Shown: piece after piece, positions 37,176-52,153 of the stretch | How the letters are laid out: the number at the start of each line of letters is the position of its first letter | Numbering within the stretch: position 1 is the stretch's first letter | Notes under the pieces: generated by a model | Seen by the model: the letters and a program-made list of their open reading frames with translations, nothing else | Told to the model about the DNA's origin: nothing | Database searches by the model: none | Assembly: GCF_001194135.2 (NCBI RefSeq) | Contig: NC_068984.1 | Location: forward strand, 128,556,757 to 128,620,756 | DNA from: Octopus bimaculoides | Lineage: Eukaryota | DNA: 64,000 nt | Direction of reading: 5' to 3' | Translations under genes and position numbers: made by a program

Positions 37176-37221
<46 letters not shown>
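36790..37221 (+). mobile_element. Retroposon 3' end with (AAT)n tail (family E); inverted copy at 50880-51360
   Basis: ttaccccagtgtcactttgatggcatgca...ctctctcac(tc)aataataat shared in opposite orientation. Confidence 0.8.
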
Positions 37222-40101
37222 NNNNNNNNNNNNNNNNNNNNNNNNNNNNNNNNNNNNNNNNNNNNNNNNNNNNNNNNNNNNNNNNNNNNNNNNNNNNNNN
37301 NNNNNNNNNNNNNNNNNNNNNNNNNNNNNNNNNNNNNNNNNNNNNNNNNNNNNNNNNNNNNNNNNNNNNNNNNNNNNNNNNNNNNNNNNNNNNNNNNNNN
37401 NNNNNNNNNNNNNNNNNNNNNNNNNNNNNNNNNNNNNNNNNNNNNNNNNNNNNNNNNNNNNNNNNNNNNNNNNNNNNNNNNNNNNNNNNNNNNNNNNNNN
37501 NNNNNNNNNNNNNNNNNNNNNNNNNNNNNNNNNNNNNNNNNNNNNNNNNNNNNNNNNNNNNNNNNNNNNNNNNNNNNNNNNNNNNNNNNNNNNNNNNNNN
37601 NNNNNNNNNNNNNNNNNNNNNNNNNNNNNNNNNNNNNNNNNNNNNNNNNNNNNNNNNNNNNNNNNNNNNNNNNNNNNNNNNNNNNNNNNNNNNNNNNNNN
37701 NNNNNNNNNNNNNNNNNNNNNNNNNNNNNNNNNNNNNNNNNNNNNNNNNNNNNNNNNNNNNNNNNNNNNNNNNNNNNNNNNNNNNNNNNNNNNNNNNNNN
37801 NNNNNNNNNNNNNNNNNNNNNNNNNNNNNNNNNNNNNNNNNNNNNNNNNNNNNNNNNNNNNNNNNNNNNNNNNNNNNNNNNNNNNNNNNNNNNNNNNNNN
37901 NNNNNNNNNNNNNNNNNNNNNNNNNNNNNNNNNNNNNNNNNNNNNNNNNNNNNNNNNNNNNNNNNNNNNNNNNNNNNNNNNNNNNNNNNNNNNNNNNNNN
38001 NNNNNNNNNNNNNNNNNNNNNNNNNNNNNNNNNNNNNNNNNNNNNNNNNNNNNNNNNNNNNNNNNNNNNNNNNNNNNNNNNNNNNNNNNNNNNNNNNNNN
38101 NNNNNNNNNNNNNNNATATATGCATATATTCATACATATATGTACATACCTATATCTATATGTATACATACATGCATATATGGGTACAGGACATCAGAAA
38201 AAAACGTTAAACACAATGAGAAACGAAAACAGAAAACGATCTTTTTTTGAACAATGAGAAAAAAATACAGAGACGAGACATGCAACATAAAGAATATTTC
38301 CCTTCATCAAATGACCCTGCTCCATCTACTCCGCGTTTCGAAGGCAAGGACAATACGCAACTTTGTTGGAACAGTCCTTCCCGCAAAGCAAATTAAATAA
38401 AATTTGGAATTTTTTGCGGAGGGTGAAAGTGTTAACAAGAACAGGACAGTGAGACAGTAAAAACAAACAATAAGGGCTGTTAGGCCTAGACGATAGAAAA
38501 ATTATCATTTTTTGTACGCTAGTAGACGTGAATGAGAGAAGAGACAAGAGACAGAAATCACATCTTCTCTATAAAAAGCCAGCGGATAGAATCGTCTTGA
38601 CCTGGATAGAATCGTCTTGTCACTGGAATCCCTGTATTTCATGGCCTCTCTTGTTCTTGACATCATGAACTCGAGCAGGTATGGAAGTGAAAAGACATTT
38701 ACATACAAGTCGGCTTCATGAGTATATTGTCATGGAATACAAATAAAGTAGAAGGATTGATGTAATAGTCTTATCGGGTGAACCATAACTTATATCATAA
38801 TGATATCTATTATGATTATTCATAATTATTTTGTAACTACCTGCAACTCTCTGACAGCACTCTACTCCTTCCGTGTACAAACTTCAATGCCATCCTGTGC
38901 TACTTTTTTTGTCACTGGAATCCCTGTACTTCTTGTTCTTGACATCATGAACTCCTCTGAGAGGTCACTGAACGAGAGTTGCAAGGTATTGACTGACCAG
39001 TTCAGAGCGATACTGCTTCGGCTCCTTGATAAGCTAAGCCACCTCGAAAAAAAAACAAAAAAAACTGCACGTGCATACATACGCTAGAGATGTTTATCAT
39101 CCTACAACACAGCCAGATGTTACGACTCATGTCTCCTCAGATACGATTCATAAATATGCTTTTCGTATGCTGTAAATGCGAAGTTAGGGTAGAGAATTGG
39201 TGGAGATGATAATAATACACATAATAATTTAGGATGGTAACGAAATTACAAGTAAAATCAAAATTCTAGAAGAACATGATGATATATAATATCGTGAGAA
39301 AAAAGTAAATTATAAATGAAATGCTATTGATGAAGAAAGCAGTAGTAAGATTGAAACACACGGAGAGAATATAAAGGTTGTAATTATAGATATGAAAATG
39401 CATTAACATAGAAAAGAATAAAGATAACTCTATTGTGTTAAAGTGTAGAGTGAAAAGGCACTAGGAAAGGAGGGAGTGATATTTGGGCAATGTTGAATGG
39501 TAAAGGTTTCAAATTAAAAGAGAATTGAAGAGGAAATAGGTTAAGAGAAGTCAGGAAGTCAGGTCGTGCTTGGAACATATTGGTGGTGATGGGGTGGGGT
39601 GTTAGTGCGATTGGGGTTGACTGGGTGGTACTGTTGTTTATGGAAGAAGAAATGAATGTAACAGAAAGGCGAGAAAAGGTTAAATGTAAAATACTTTAAA
39701 AGACTTTTAGAGGTAATAGGTTAAGCAAAGTAGTTAGTACGAGCGAATAAGCTAGGAAAATTAGGTCGTGTAAGGTTGAAGTATAAAGTAAATGAACATA
39801 AAGAGGGGAGGGGCTGGGCAAAGGCGAATCTTAAAAGTTTGCAAGATTATAAGATTAAGTAGGATAGTCTAGGTTATGTAAGGTACTAGAAATAAGTATA
39901 AGTGGTTGGGCGTAGTTGGGTAGTAGTTTTGTTTATAGAGGAAGGAATAGAAAACAAGATAAAAATGATGCCGGAGAAGTAGGGTATATATATATNNNNN
40001 NNNNNNNNNNNNNNNNNNNNNNNNNNNNNNNNNNNNNNNNNNNNNNNNNNNNNNNNNNNNNNNNNNNNNNNNNNNNNNNNNNNNNNNNNNNNNNNNNNNN
40101 N

Positions 40102-40152
<51 letters not shown>

Positions 40153-40605
40153 TAGAGACAAGGAGAAGAACAGAATAAAAAGAAATCAAGCGAAAGAAGT
40201 AGAAAATAATAGATTCAAGTAAAAAAATGTATTGATATGAATAGTAAGTTTGAAATACAAATAGAATAGGAGTTAAAAATCAACATCAGCAACGAAACCC
40301 TGATAATAGAAGAGGTTTGAATGTGCTGAGGCCTGTCCTGCTATATTACACAATTGATCAAGCTTAATAATATGTTTAGAGTATTATCATAACTTGTGGT
40401 TGGTAAATTCTAGGTCAGCTCTGGATGAACAGACCTATAATCATAGACGTTCTAGCAGTGACCATTCTGTGGTTTTGTATATCCAACAGTACATTTTCCA
40501 GTGTGTCCTTCCTTTATTGAAAACAAGACGTGATCTGAAGGAGATTTGGCAGTTATTTCTAGCAAGTTGAGCGACAACACACAAGACCCCCACTTCATCT
40601 GTTGT

Positions 40606-40987
40606 TGTTGGCACTCCGTCGCTTACGACATCGAGGGTTCCAGTTGATCCGATCAACGGAACAGCCTGCTCGTGAAATTAACGTGCAAGTGGCTGAGCAC
40701 TCCACAGACACGTGTAACCTTAACGTAGTTCTCGGGGATATTCAGCGTGACACAGTGTGACAAGACTGACCCTTTGAAATACAGGTACACCAGAAACAGG
40801 AAGTAAGAGTGAGAGAAAGTTGTGGTGGAAGAGTAGAGCAGGGTTCGCCACCATCCCCTGCCGGAGCCTCGTGTAGCTTTGGGTGTTTTCACTCAATAAA
40901 CACTCACAACGCCCGGTCTGGGAATCGAAACCGCGATCCTATGACCGCGAGTCCGCTGTCCTTACCACTGGGCCATTGCGCCTCCAC
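40606..40987 (-). mobile_element. SINE family C, full length with 11-bp TSD
   Basis: tcatctgttgt at 40595-40605 and 40988-40998. Confidence 0.92.
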
Positions 40988-41743
40988 TCATCTGTTGTAG
41001 TCGTTGGTAAACCAAGTTTTATGACACTAGCAGACCTGACTGCTCGAACTTTACTTTTAAATTTAAGTAATAAAATGAATATTTGCGAAACTATGTTAAG
41101 CTTAGTATTTTAAGGTCCCGAACATACAGCTTGTCATTAAATCAAATTTAGATATCTCTTTCGGCGTATTTGATGTTCTCGATATTTCTAAAAAGACAGT
41201 AAAAGTAATGCCAGCACATTTGAAAGCTGCAACAAAATTCTATAAGTAAAAATAATATATTTTTTTCCACACACCATATAATTCCCTTATCACATCTATA
41301 ATCACGCATCCTTTCAATATATTTACAATAATAATATGACTTTCTAGGTTTCAAAACCCTAGCTTACTATTAATTATTGATCATTTCTATACTAAATATG
41401 ATAGATTAAAAATTTGTAATTGTATATTTTGTATAAGTTACTTTTTTTTTTCTTGTAGCATTGCCAAGAACAGTTTGTCTACAGGAATGACATTAAGTAT
41501 ACATTTGAGATGAAAAGTGACGTTTGATGTTTTGAAGTAGTTTATATTCAAAATAATCCAAAAAGACACGATTTTATGAGTTGAACAGAAACGGAATCAG
41601 GAAAAAATTTCCATATATTTCTCTAAGTATATTCTCTTTCACTTTCTTTTTTTTTATAGCTATTTTAGCAAAAGAAACATATAACACACATATACACATA
41701 CTCAATATTAAAGTATATATATACTTAATAAATACAATCATAT

Positions 41744-41792
<49 letters not shown>

Positions 41793-42022
41793 NNNNNNNN
41801 NNNNNNNNNNNNNNNNNNNNNNNNNNNNNNNNNNNNNNNNNNNNNNNNNNNNNNNNNNNNNNNNNNNNNNNNNNNNNNNNNNNNNNNNNNNNNNNNNNNN
41901 NNNNNNNNNNNNNNNNNNNNNNNNNNNNNNNNNNNNNNNNNNNNNNNNNNNNNNNNNNNNNNNNNNNNNNNNNNNNNNNNNNNNNNNNNNNNNNNNNNNN
42001 NNNNNNNNNNNNNNNNNNNNNN

Positions 42023-42063
<41 letters not shown>

Positions 42064-42214
42064 ACCATTAAAATATAGAATACGTTTTAAACCAGAAGTC
42101 AAAAAGAATTGGTCAGACAATATCGGAGTTTACAAATGTCTTGTTAAAGATGCAGTTAGCATAAAGATAATTTATTTCAGAGTCCAATGGTTTCTAAAGG
42201 GTTGTGAAACACTA

Positions 42215-42640
42215 ACGTGGTACATAGCCATGACTATATGGTTAAGAAATCCTCTTTGCAACCACATGGTGTAGGGGTACAGTCCCACTGCGTGACACCT
42301 CGGGCAAATGTCTTGACTCGTAGGTGAATTTCATAGACAGAAACCGTATGGAAGCCCGTCATACACCCCCACACTCATATATGTGTATATATGTAAATGT
42401 GTGCGCGCGAGTGCGTGTGTGCATGCGCGTGTGTGTGAGACTGTATTTTCCCTCTCTTACTACTTGACAGCCTGTGTTGATTTATTTCTCGTCCTGTAAC
42501 TTAGCGGCTCGGCATAAGTGACCGATAGAATTAGTACCAGACTTTAAACAACAAGTCCTGGTACCGAATTATTTGACTAAAACCCTTCAAAGCGCTGCCC
42601 CAGCATGGCCGCAGTGCAATGACAGACACAAATAAAAAAC
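42215..42640 (+). mobile_element. SINE family B copy. Others at 45120-45540 (-), 45720-45925 (+), 50615-50820 (+), 62025-62190 (+), 62200-62353 (-)
   Basis: Shared head/CORE-like/tail blocks, e.g. ccccagcatggccgcagt...aatgactgaaacaa. Confidence 0.8.
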
Positions 42641-43410
42641 AAAAAATAGCGATAAAAATTGATATTGATTTGTGATATTGATTTAAAAAAATTACTTTAC
42701 ACCAAGACCTGGTTTATTCGTAAATATTATTTTAAAAGTAATATTACAAATCCCATATTTAATATGGATACATCATCGTCATATGTCGTTATTCACAATA
42801 TTAAAGCTTTCAGTTACTCTATGCTGCATTATGATATCGTAAGAATATATTCTTAATTTTATTTCTATGGAAATACGGTTACGTGTATGACATTCGTTTA
42901 CGTTATGGAATATTTAAATGTTCATTTGATAAAATAAGTTAGTTATAATTGGAAGGAAACTGTAAAACTATGCGAACATCGGCCCCTATAAATCACAATT
43001 CACTGTAACAGTAGCTTTCTGTGCCTTGGTGTGCAAGAGCGCAGTAAATGTCTCTTAAGTTAGGATAATCTTCATTACAGTTTAAGCAATAATGAAGGTA
43101 GTATTAACTTTAAGAGATATTAACGGTGGAGAACATTCCATGTTATTACACACAACGACAAGAAGCCAGCAATTGTAAGGGAGAAGGAGAAATTGTAATG
43201 TTTACATCGTTTACAAGAGTGTTGGTGAAAATGAATCAAATAAAGTAGTTCTTAAACGAGAACTGGAACTGGATTTTCGTCTCGACTCATCAAAACTTTT
43301 ACTTCTATGCACCTCGTCGCAAGCATATGAATAACACTGTTATAACTACAGATGTCGCCCTGAAAACTGTCAAACAGTATTGTGTTAGTCATGGAAAGTA
43401 TTGCCTAAAT

Positions 43411-43914
43411 CAGGGGTCGCCAAAGGGGATCCGAGGGACCCCCTAGGTTTCGGTGAAGAATTACAGGGGGTCGATGATAGCCAAGGGGTCGAATGGGGGT
43501 CGGCGTACGAAAGACCAGCTCACTCAAATGAACTGCTGGAAATACTTAGTCAGTGCCATGCTCATCCCTCATATTGATGTTGTTAATTTCAATAAAAGAT
43601 ATTCCAGCAATATGATGCGTTTTTCACATTTTCTAACCGTGAAAACAATTTCATAGAGATTGAAAGTTTAATACTATATACTCGTACACGAAGTTTTAAA
43701 TGTAAAAAATGTGTCATCTTCAATAGAATTTCTTAATTCGTCGTACATATATATTTTAGCTAATGTTTTAATTGCCAGCATGAGTACCCGGTACGCATTT
43801 GATATATGGTACGGTTGAGTAGGGTGTTAAGATGTTTTAAATGAGGAGGGTGGTCAATGCGGAAGGAGAAGTGGCTAAAGGGGGTCGATGGTCGAAAAAG
43901 TTTAGTGACCCCTG
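43411..43914. mobile_element. hAT MITE
   Basis: gcctaaat|CAGGGGTC...GACCCCTG|gcttaaat (7/8 TSD). Confidence 0.85.
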
Positions 43915-45332
43915 GCTTAAATAAAGAAAACGAAAAAGATGTATATATAACGTAAATTCTTAGTTCAAAAGTTAGAAAATGCTCCAAATCAACGAGGGAC
44001 CCTTGAGAACGAGTTGATTGAGGAGCTTGTTTTGTAGAAAACTCGAAAGGTTACCGAAATTGACGTACGATGCTTGTAAAAATATTGATCTCTAACACTG
44101 GTACAGCACTATACCTTTCGGGAGATGGTATACACAGTAGTGTAGCTGTAGGGGACAACACTTTAATAAGGGTAGCACATTTGAGTCTATTGTATCATCC
44201 TCTATAATCTTGGGAGCCCAGGGAGTGGCAAACTTAAGGGATACCTCGGGCGGCACACACTCTAGCTCTGCCACTAGGTATAGTTGATTATATCGACTCC
44301 AGTGCTAAAATGATATTTTATTTTATTGATTCCGGAAGATAAAAGGTAAAGTTGATCTCGGCAGGATTTGAACTTGGAACATAAGAATAAAGGCTGTAAC
44401 TAAATACTGACAAAGAATTTTTGCCAGATCCTTTCTACCAATTCACAGCCATGCGGCTGAAATACCTACCGATATTATTTTAGAAAAGAATTCAGTACAA
44501 AGACATCCAGAACGTTTATAATTCTCCACTGATATCATAGATGTTATCTCTTCAAACATTCTAAAAATATGAGCTCAACTTGGTAGAAAGTGAACCCAAA
44601 TATATATGGACATGTTGTACTTAAACATTGCTTTCAGAGCTGATTATTAGAAAATAGAGACATACAATCACGACCGACTTATGTATGTGTTTAGTTTATC
44701 AACATAAGCTAAGTACATACTTTAGTCGGTCACGTACACATACATATAGACGGGGAGCCGAACTTCAGTTATAAGATAAAATATAATTATCTAACTTAAC
44801 CGACATGTAAGAAATTCTCCCCTACTCTCTCTCTCTCTTCTCTTTTGCAGAGAATTTAACGATCAATCAGGACAAAAATAAAAAACTAAAATCAAGAACG
44901 TCTTTTAAACTATAAACTATTTTTGCTCTATAAGAAATGTCTAATTTCGTAAAATGCTGAATTTAGCTTAATTTATTTGTTTCAAGTTATGTCGTACTGA
45001 TAATTCCCAAAAAAGAGATGAAATAGCGCTCTACACATCTACCAGCGACTGGAAAGTAAGAACTTTATAATGTGTAGGTAGAAAAAATGTGTATGCTCTG
45101 TACACCTTTACACTTTTATTCTTTCATTCTTTTATTTGTTTTAGGTATTTGACTGCAGCCATGCTGGAGCACCACCATAAAGGGTTTTTTTTAGTCGAAA
45201 AAATCGACCCCATGACTTATTCTTTGTAAGCCTAGTACATATTCTATCAGTCTCTTTTGCCGAACTGCTAGAATACAGAGACGTAAGCACACCAACATCG
45301 GTTGTCAAGCGACAGTGTGGGACAGACAGTCA

Positions 45333-45393
<61 letters not shown>

Positions 45394-46454
45394 GACAGGC
45401 TTCCACAGAATTTCTGTCTACTAAATTCATTCATAAGGTATTGTTAGTCCGGGACTATAGTCGTCACTTGCTCAGGGTGCTGCGCGGTAGTATTGAACTC
45501 GAAACCACATGATTGCAAAGCGAGCTTCTCAACCACAAGAAAAGAAAGGTCTAATTAGACATATACTTTTCAATACTCCATGTTTAAAATTAAAAAAAGA
45601 AAAGAGGTGGGTTAATCACACATAGAAGAACTTTGATAAATGGCCTGTTGAATGAAGGTTAACCTAGGTCCAGCAACAACGACAATACCGCACTACGTAA
45701 AGGGTCAGATAAAGACATACCTATGTGTGCGTGTTTTTGTGCATGTCTTTATCCTCCCTTCCGCCACTGCTTGACAATCGCTGTTGGTTTGTTTACGTCC
45801 CCGTAACTTAGCAGTTCGGCAAATGAGACCGATGGAAGCAGTACTAGACTTTAAAAATAACTGCTGGCTTCGACCAAAACCCGTCAAAGCAGTGCCCCAG
45901 TATGGCCGTAATCTGGCGATTGAAACACGTAGAAGGTCAAAAGTCAAAGACAACAGATACAACGGGATCCTCCGTCAGATAGTATTACACAATCAAAATG
46001 CTGATGACATTGAGGTGGAGGTATTATTACACAATCAAATGAGGCGGACACGGGAAAATCATCTTGCAGCTGTCATCACCTTCGAAACTTGTTCTCATTC
46101 CCTGATGTCAATGAAGTTGACATGGGAATATTTCATGTCAGAAACGTCTTGTTCGCTAAATAGGTAGTATACAAAAGCATATTTTTGTGCATGCTTCCGT
46201 GCCTGTTTGCATGTGTGCAGGCGTTCTGCGTAGTATCTGTATGTGTGTATTCATGTCTCCCGTTCCACGTGCACACACAAATATGTACGTCTGTGTGTGT
46301 GTGTACGCCCGCGCGCGTGAGCGAGTAGATAAGGTGACCTCGAACCTGTCCTCAAAAACGGAATAGAAAATCAACGTAATAGCCTTTCTATGCCTATATG
46401 CCCACACACATCACACATCAATTACACGCATTATCAACATATACCCATATATGC

Positions 46455-46492
<38 letters not shown>

Positions 46493-47672
46493 NNNNNNNN
46501 NNNNNNNNNNNNNNNNNNNNNNNNNNNNNNNNNNNNNNNNNNNNNNNNNNNNNNNNNNNNNNNNNNNNNNNNNNNNNNNNNNNNNNNNNNNNNNNNNNNN
46601 NNNNNNNNNNNNNNNNNNNNNNNNNNNNNNNNNNNNNNNNNNNNNNNNNNNNNNNNNNNNNNNNNNNNNNNNNNNNNNNNNNNNNNNNNNNNNNNNNNNN
46701 NNNNNNNNNNNNNNNNNNNNNNNNNNNNNNNNNNNNNNNNNNNNNNNNNNNNNNNNNNNNNNNNNNNNNNNNNNNNNNNNNNNNNNNNNNNNNNNNNNNN
46801 NNNNNNNNNNNNNNNNNNNNNNNNNNNNNNNNNNNNNNNNNNNNNNNNNNNNNNNNNNNNNNNNNNNNNNNNNNNNNNNNNNNNNNNNNNNNNNATATAT
46901 ATATATATACATACATATCTATATATACGTATATATGTATATATGTGCATACATGCATACAGACACACACACACGCATACACACACGTTACATTACAAAT
47001 TTGTATTAGTTAATTAGATATTATAAATAATCTGTTAATACATTACATCCAAAGTATCAGCATACACCGTGCGCACTCATTATCAACGCACACACTGTCA
47101 TCTCATGCCATATGCAACATGAGCGATTGAGGGAGCCTCTTGTTGGTCGATTGACTAGCAAGAAATAGTACCCCAATCACACTCTATCAGTATATATCAT
47201 ATACTTCATTATTGGCACCTTGGGTAAGGCGCTAGCAACTCCTTAGCCTTCCGTGCTAAAGATACGGTGAAGATGTCAGCTGGACGACTTTGGATTAACT
47301 GACAAGGCGGAGGAGTTTTAAGTGCCCTAGGGCAACAGCTTGAAGTTTATTCCAGTCAAGTGGTGATCTGTACTATCTGACAATGGTTGGACTTCGTCTA
47401 GCAAGTGAACTGCTACTGCAGGTCAACCTCAACGCCAACCATGCTCGCTGCACTCTTGTACACCACTTGGTACTTGGTGTAGAGGCCCAGAGAAGCAGTC
47501 TGGTGGTGGTGGCAGTCGGGTGGCGATGCCAACTACCTTACTCATTGTCAAAGGCATTTTGTTCCAAGTGAACAAAGCAGTGAATGCCGATCCTACGTCG
47601 GACAGCCGCCGACGATATGCTTTATTATTGTACAGTATATACACGCTTTATTAATATGTCTTTCGTCTTGAG

Positions 47673-48021
47673 CAGGGGTTCTCAACCGTTTTTTATCTAT
47701 GGACCTCTTCGATTACTATTTTATTCTGATGGACCCCCATAGCCATTCGATATTTAAAAACTAGTTTTATTAAAAACCTCTTTCAAAATTCCTATTTTAT
47801 TTTTTACACATTAACTTGTGTAAAGTGAACTATGTAAAATGTTAGAGAAAGAAACCTAGCATTTCTTGCCATACGTACCAATACATACATCTAATGCAAA
47901 TTTCTTTCAGGGGCCTTTAAAATACTGTTGTGGATGCCTAAGTTGCTATTTTGCGGTGAGGAACCCAAAAAATCTTGCATGAACCCTCAGGGGCCATATG
48001 GATCCCGGTTGAGAACCACTG
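47673..48021. mobile_element. hAT MITE
   Basis: gtcttgag|CAGGGGTTCTCAACC...GGTTGAGAACCACTG|gccttgag (7/8 TSD). Confidence 0.88.
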
Positions 48022-48689
48022 GCCTTGAGGAAAGAAAATAGTCCTACATAACGTGAACAGATGGAACCCGTTAAGTATAGGTTTGTACAATCACGGTTGA
48101 TACACAGCTAAGCGACAATAATAACAACGGGACAATGATTCACATATTAGCAATGTACGATAAATACACACATCTTTAGCAAACAATATAGACACCCTGT
48201 TAATAACTCATATTTATATACAGTCAAGTTACATACAGTTCCTTTTATGAGAATATTTTATGCATGGATATTGTGAAAACATTTCGTGTACACTCCGTGT
48301 CTTAATTCTCTATTACCCACAAAGGGCCAGGCATAGAGGGGACAAACACGGACAGACAAACGGATTAAGTCGATTACATAGACCCCAGTGCGTAACTGGT
48401 ACTTAATTTATCGACCCCGAAAGGATGAAAAGTAAAGTCGACCTCGGCGGAATTTGAACTCAGAACATAACGGCAGACGAAATACCGCTAAGCATTTCGC
48501 CTGACGTGCTAACGTTTCTGCCAGCTCACCGCCTTATTTGTATACATATATACACACAAACACATTCACACAGATGCACACACATTTCATAAATTACTTA
48601 TAATAAAAATGTTTTAATTAGTAGCCTTAATGGGACATTCTCAGACATGTTTACTCTACCTCATTTTTATAGGTTTAAACAATGTAAAC

Positions 48690-48904
48690 ATTTTGGAAAA
48701 CAGATTTTCGTTGGAACATTTTTGGAAAAGACTGCCGCGAGGAGGCACAAATCGCAATGAACAGAAGTAGAGAGTAGAGAGAACATGTCATTGAAGAAGT
48801 CGCAAATGTTGACGAAAAGACTTTGGCCAACACGAATGATTGAGTGATTAACACAATGATTAATCTGTTGTAGGGATAATAGTAATAATAGTACACCCCT
48901 GTGT
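48690..48904 (+). pseudogene. Possible Tc1/mariner transposase C-terminal remnant
   Basis: Frameshifted LEHFWKRL / HVIEEVANVDEKTLANT resemble the Tc1/mariner tail, ending in cacccctgtgta. Weak. Confidence 0.3.
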
Positions 48905-49609
48905 AACAAGTGGTATGTGCTAGTCGCTATAAATAAGGTGACATCGGTCAGTATAGGGAGAGAGTACGAAGTAGACGGTCATAGATAGTCGTGGTCTTAC
49001 TTGTCTTACGAACTATACTGCTATACCAGAGTAGGCGTTATAATAATCCGACATTAAGGATTACAACAGTGGCGACGAAGAATTAACAAACTCACAAAAG
49101 TTTTTACTGTGCAAATTTTACGGGAAAAAAATCGTAAAATTATGGAGAATTTGTTGGCCGGTTTGCTCGAGATGCAAAACAGTAACAACAGCAACTAAAA
49201 GAACAACAACAGCAGCTACAACCGCAAGAACAACAGCAGGAACATCTTTTATACCAAGACAAAACATGTATATATTAACACTTCCAATGAGTTAAGATCA
49301 GAAACCATCAGGACATTAATTATTATTATTATTATTGCCTTATTGCCGGGAAAATTGCTTAGTGGCATTTCGTCCGCCATTACGTTATGAGTTTAAATTC
49401 TGCCGAGGTCGACTTTGCCTTTTCTCCTTTCGGGGTCGATAAATTAAGAACTAGTGAAACACTGGGGTCAATTTAATCAACTAGTCCCCCAACCCAAAAT
49501 TACAGACCTTGTACCTATAGTAGAAAGGATCGTTACTATTGTAGGCTTTACGTACGTCACATCGCTCGCAAGTTTGTATGTTTGTTCATGTCATATAAAC
49601 TTATAAAAG

Positions 49610-49612
49610 TTG

Positions 49613-49670
<58 letters not shown>

Positions 49671-49679
49671 ATCTATCTA

Positions 49680-49730
<51 letters not shown>

Positions 49731-50005
49731 GTCTATCTGTGTGTCTGTCTGTGTGTGTGTCTGTCTGTGTGTGTGTCTGTCTGTGTGTGTGTCTGTCTGT
49801 GTGTGTGTCTGTCTGTGTGTGTGTCTGTCTGTGTGTGTGTCTGTCTGTGTGTGTGTCTGTCTGTGTGTGTGTCTGTCTGTGTGTGTGTCTGTCTGTGTGT
49901 GTGTCTGTCTGTGTGTGTGTATGTCTGTGTGTGTGTCTGTCTGTGTGTGTGTCTGTCTGTGTGTCTGTCTGTGTGTCTGTCTGTCTGTCTGTCCATCTAT
50001 CTATA
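49610..50005. repeat. Compound (TCTA)n-(TCTG)n array grading into an 18-bp minisatellite (gtgtgtgtgtctgtctgt)n
   Basis: Direct reading. Confidence 0.9.
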
Positions 50006-50095
50006 TATATATATGATATTACTCTGTATTACATAATATATGTGTTTATATATATATGCATAAATACACACACACGAGAAATAATGATTATCATC

Positions 50096-50152
<57 letters not shown>

Positions 50153-50288
50153 ATGCTGCTGCTGCTGCTGCTAATGATGATGATGATGATGACGATAGTA
50201 CTGATAATGATGATAATTAACGAGCCACTCCGCATCAGATCAAAACACTGGGAACAATAAAATAATGACTAGATTATTTGCAAGCGAT

Positions 50289-50319
<31 letters not shown>

Positions 50320-50883
50320 GCAATAACAACATCGCCAATAACAACAGCAATAACAACACCGCCAACAATAAACGGAATCCAAAGAGTTCTCCTCCTGTCA
50401 TACAGATGTAGATAAAAGATTTTATCCCTGAATTGTGACAGTTACGAGAGCAGACACTCCTGAAATGCTGCAATATTAATTGTAATCCACATTACAGTTT
50501 TACTGACATATCTCATAAATTAAAGAAACACTCATAAAGAATGAGTAGCACACACGATATATATTTCTCAGTTAAAAAAAAGTTATTACGATGTTACCAA
50601 ATTGTTATCACACTGGCGCAGGCTTGCCTGTGTGGTTTAAGAATTTTGTTTCGTAGCTACGTGGTTTCAGGTTTAATCTCACTCGACTACGCAGCATCTA
50701 GTAAAGTGGGGTTTTTTTTTCTACTCTAGACTCAGATCGGCTCAAGCAAACCTTGTTTGTGTGTGAAATTCGGTTGAAGGGTTCTGTTTAAAATTCTTCC
50801 AGCCACTTGAAAATCTTTGTAATGCCCCGCTCATCCGATGCCCCTGTGGCAAATAAAAGAAATCAACATCATCACCGTTGTTG

Positions 50884-50965
<82 letters not shown>

Positions 50966-51362
50966 GTGAGAGAGCAGTGCATGCCATCAAAGTGACACTG
51001 GGGTAAAATATACGANNNNNNNNNNNNNNNNNNNNNNNNNNNNNNNNNNNNNNNNNNNNNNNNNNNNNNNNNNNNNNNNNNNNNNNNNNNNNNNNNNNNN
51101 NNNNNNNNNNNNNNNNNNNNNNNNNNNNNNNNNNNNNNNNNNNNNNNNNNNNNNNNNNNNNNNNNNNNNNNNNNNNNNNNNNNNNNNNNNNNNNNNNNNN
51201 NNNNNNNNNNNNNNNNNNNNNNNNNNNNNNNNNNNNNAATTCGAGTAGCCCATCCGGCTCAAAAGGTCCCTGAATAAGGTTTGTTTAAGGATGTTGAGCA
51301 AAACACCCATGTTTCCAAAGGTGAATTATTCAAACCTCAAAGAATTCCTCTCAACACATGGC

Positions 51363-51441
<79 letters not shown>

Positions 51442-51954
51442 GCATGTACACGTGTACGTACGTGATGATTGTTCTATCTTCACATATGATTACTGTCCCT
51501 CTGTGCTTTCTTGTCAATATAATAGTTGACTTTCCATCCATGACTTCTCAGATGAACATTCAGTCCACTGCTTTGTAACTGTGTGTTTCGATCGATCTAT
51601 CTATCGATCTATCGATCCCTCGATCCATCCATCCATCCATCCATCCATCCATCCATCTAAGCACAAACATACATATAAGCATAAATATTCATATACACGT
51701 ATAAATGGACAGATACACGTATAAACACTCACAGACGTATACACGCGTGCATAATGCTGATACATATACTACCACTACCATCACTAGCATCACTCGTCCC
51801 ATCATCATCATTACTAAAACTACTACAATCACGGCTACAACCACTATCATCATCTACACTACTATACATACAGATATATGTACGAACGTATACATACATA
51901 CATGCACACAATATATTTCCATATTTTATCTATCTACCAATCTACTTATCTCTC

Positions 51955-52000
<46 letters not shown>

Positions 52001-52099
52001 NNNNNNNNNNNNNNNNNNNNNNNNNNNNNNNNNNNNNNNNNNNNNNNNNNNNNNNNNNNNNNNNNNNNNNNNNNNNNNNNNNNNNNNNNNNNNNNNNNN

Positions 52100-52153
<54 letters not shown>

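Noticed and set aside
13210-40987. tRNA-like A/B box sequences
   Set aside because: All are SINE heads with bodies, tails and TSDs; no complete cloverleaf.
42986-44880. Plus-strand CTATAAAT, an ATGAAG|gtagta and a strong acceptor at ~44850
   Set aside because: Would need a ~37-nt intron and a weak donor, and no coherent reading frame links the pieces.
49610-50005. Regular 18-bp array superficially like a spacer-repeat system
   Set aside because: No unique spacers; derived by slippage from adjacent (TCTG)n and (TG)n.
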